Part shown: one piece after another, positions 19,114 through 20,634 of the stretch
Layout: each line of letters starts with the position of its first letter
Position numbering within the stretch: the stretch's first letter is position 1
IMG/VR virus record: IMGVR_UViG_2740892218_000001
Coordinates: 1 to 20,634 of that record
DNA: 20,634 bases
Direction: 5' to 3' (one strand)
Source of the DNA: a virus
Taxonomy: Duplodnaviria > Heunggongvirae > Uroviricota > Caudoviricetes
The notes under the pieces: model-generated
Told to the model about the DNA's origin: nothing
Databases searched by the model: none
The model's input: only the letters and a program-made list of their open reading frames with translations
Program-made: the position numbers and the translations under genes

Positions 19114-19420
19114 CTTCTACTCCGGCTTTTTTAGCAGCGAAGCGTTTGATAAGCGAACCAATCGAGTCAGTACCGATGTAGCCGATGAACACGCTCGTTA
19201 TATAAGCGAGATTGCTACTTAGTCCGGCGAAGTCGAGAAGGTCACGAATGAACCAGGCGATAATGGCGCACATCGTTGCGTCGATTACTGTTTTTGTAAA
19301 CGCACCGCCATTATATCTGCCGCGAAGGTACGCCATTGCAAACGCAAGGATTGCCCCGATGCCTTGTTCCTTTGCCGCGAGAATGGCGGCTAACAGGTCA
19401 TGTTTTTCTGGCATCTTCAT
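19097..19420 (-). CDS. S: Holin S (class I) with dual-start motif, 107 aa
   Basis: [62 protein letters not shown]... is near-identical to lambda S as recalled; Met1-Lys2-Met3 dual start and the upstream sdi hairpin (CCCCTTATTGGGG, plus 19424-19436) are present. Confidence 0.95.
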   Translation of the reverse strand: MKMPEKHDLLAAILAAKEQGIGAILAFAMAYLRGRYNGGAFTKTVIDATMCAIIAWFIRDLLDFAGLSSNLAYITSVFIGYIGTDSIGSLIKRFAAKKAGVEDGGNQ

Positions 19421-19662
19421 GTCTTACCCCCAATAAGGGGATTTGCTCTATTTAATTAGGAATAAGGTCGATTACTGATAGAACAAATCCAGGCTACTGT
19501 GTTTAGTAATCAGATTTGTTCGTGACCGATATGCACGGGCAAAACGGCAGGAGGTTGTTAGCGCAACCTCATGCCACCCGCTTTCACGAAGGTCATGTGT
19601 AGAAGGCCGCAGCATAACTATCACTGATGAATTCAGGATAGCCAGTGGCTACGGCTCAGTTA

Positions 19663-19738
19663 TGGTGCTGGTTAACGGACTTGAACCGCTACCCATTCGC
19701 TTACAAGGCGACTGCTCTACCATTGGAGCTAAACCAGC
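19663..19738 (-). tRNA. tRNA-Thr (anticodon UGU), 76 nt with encoded CCA
   Basis: Folded by hand from the minus strand: perfect 7-bp acceptor stem (GCTGGTT/AACCAGC), U8, 4-bp D stem (GCTC/GAGC) with a GG-containing loop, anticodon loop CTTGTAA, T-arm AGCGG-TTCAAGT-CCGTT, discriminator A, CCA. Confidence 0.75.
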
Positions 19739-19743
19739 ATGTT

Positions 19744-19818
19744 TGGCGGGGCAGCGTGGACTCGAACCACGATAAGAAGGTTAACAGCCTTCCGTAATGA
19801 CCTTTATACGACTGACCC
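19744..19818 (-). tRNA. tRNA-Asn-like (anticodon GUU), atypical and possibly a pseudo-tRNA, 75 nt
   Basis: Perfect anticodon stem (GAAGG/CCTTC) with loop CTGTTAA and perfect T-arm (CGTGG-TTCGAGT-CCACG); anticodon and T loops match E. coli tRNA-Asn as recalled; but one U-C mismatch in the acceptor stem and only a 3-bp D stem. Confidence 0.5.
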
Positions 19819-19822
19819 AAAT

Positions 19823-19864
19823 AAAAAAAGCCACCGTTGCAACTTAAGAGTCACTAACGGCAGC
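19823..19864 (-). terminator. Candidate tR'-like terminator of the short late leader transcript (hairpin followed by U7)
   Basis: Minus strand GCUGCCGUU...AACGGUGGC pairs over 9 bp (two G-U pairs) around a 17-nt loop containing a CTTAAG palindrome, followed by TTTTTTT; lies about 35-75 nt downstream of a TTGACA hexamer at 19898-19903. Confidence 0.35.
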
Positions 19865-19909
19865 TTATGCGAATAGTGTTGCTCATTTGCTCAATGATGT
19901 CAACACGTT

Positions 19910-20398
19910 CTATGCTACATGTTTAATTTTCTCTACACGTTTCCGGTTTTTAAACGCACTATCCAGAACCGGGTAAATCATAAACAACGAAGCATTGAGG
20001 ATTTCGTCAACTTCCCGGCGACAGGTTGCGAGCGATGGTTTTTGAATACGCCCGCCGCCCCGGCATAACATCTTGCGAGGTCTTGCGACACGATGATAGT
20101 AAGATGCAATGGCATGCTTGGAAGATCCATGAGCGTAGTAGCTGAGGAGGATGCCAAAGGCTTTCTTGTCAATGTACATGACGGAATCGACGACCTGAGA
20201 AATCAACATTCCATCATCATCATTACACATTGGCCTTGTCATAACTCTTCCCGGCTCTACGCTCTCCATGAACTTCGCTATTACGCTGCTCATGCGCTTT
20301 TCCAGACGACCTGAATAAACCCATGCGCCCCACAGTTCAAGCCAGCCATTCAGCCAATCGTGCTGTTCTTTGGTGAGGTTTAGTTCTCTTATGCCCAT
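19910..20398 (-). CDS. Q: Late-gene antitermination protein Q (Q21/933W-type family), 162 aa
   Basis: Position immediately upstream of tRNAs and the S-R-Rz cassette; N-terminal LELWGAWV segment resembles the ERWGAW motif of 933W/phage 21 Q as recalled; GGGAGAA RBS upstream of ATG. Confidence 0.7.
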   Translation of the reverse strand: MGIRELNLTKEQHDWLNGWLELWGAWVYSGRLEKRMSSVIAKFMESVEPGRVMTRPMCNDDDGMLISQVVDSVMYIDKKAFGILLSYYAHGSSKHAIASYYHRVARPRKMLCRGGGRIQKPSLATCRREVDEILNASLFMIYPVLDSAFKNRKRVEKIKHVA

Positions 20399-20440
20399 GC
20401 GACTTCTCCCTTGTTATCTGGAATGTTTTTTACTGAGAAC

Positions 20441-20634
20441 GTCATGCGGCCTCACTTCTGCTATTTCGCAGGTCTTTGAGTTTCTGTTGGTACTCTGCCT
20501 TGATCGCCTTGCACTCTTCGATAGTCCAGCGATGGCGGTTATGGTTTGATTCGATTTCGTCTACTGCTTCCTGCCCGATGCGGTTAATCAGTTCGACGCG
20601 ATACGGAACGAGATTTCCGCTTTTGTGCTGGTTG
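20441..20634 (-). CDS. Partial CDS (C-terminal 64 codons; start lies beyond the window end), unknown nin-region-type protein
   Basis: Open minus-strand frame to the window edge ending at TGA 20441-20443: ...[63 protein letters not shown]; not in the ORF track because it has no in-window start. Confidence 0.35.

Noticed and set aside
19437-19662. 225-bp apparently gene-free stretch between S and the tRNAs, considered as a possible lost cargo slot (stx-like position)
   Set aside because: No ORF of meaningful length on either strand; the S-proximal part carries the lambda-type sdi hairpin and leader, so it is most simply the ordinary late leader.
19910-20398. Assignment of Q to the lambda Q family
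   Set aside because: Sequence is not lambda-Q-like (lambda Q is 207 aa with a different N-terminus); the size and the WGAW segment fit the phage 21/933W-type family instead.
1-20634. CRISPR arrays, rRNA genes, integrase/attachment sites, IS elements
   Set aside because: No regularly spaced direct repeats, no rRNA-like sequence, and no integrase or transposase-like ORF in the window; the only mobile-element-like feature is the HNH endonuclease gene.

Overview
This window is most of the late region of a mosaic temperate P22-like (Lederbergvirus-type) phage or prophage of an enterobacterial host, with almost every gene on the minus strand. From high to low coordinates it reads: a partial unknown gene, a Q21/933W-type antiterminator Q, two tRNA genes, a lambda-type lysis cassette (S, R, Rz with embedded Rz1), three small genes including a possible Rha-like protein, small and large terminase, portal, scaffold, coat, tail adaptor gp4, tail hub gp10, a knob-bearing tail needle, gp14-like, ejection proteins gp7/gp20/gp16, then the immI region (mnt, operators, arc, start of ant). 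The main hunt result is at 868-2453: where P22 carries sieA, this phage instead carries an operon of an unrecognised 188-aa protein translationally coupled to a YafO-family toxin homolog, plus a divergently transcribed small secreted protein, with inverted repeats in the shared promoter region. A second cargo insertion is an AT-rich HNH-AP2 homing-endonuclease gene on the opposite strand between scaffold and coat. All calls rest on reading the six-frame translations and the DNA by eye against protein sequences and family motifs recalled from memory; no database search or structure prediction was run. No CRISPR array, rRNA or integrase/att site is present in the window.
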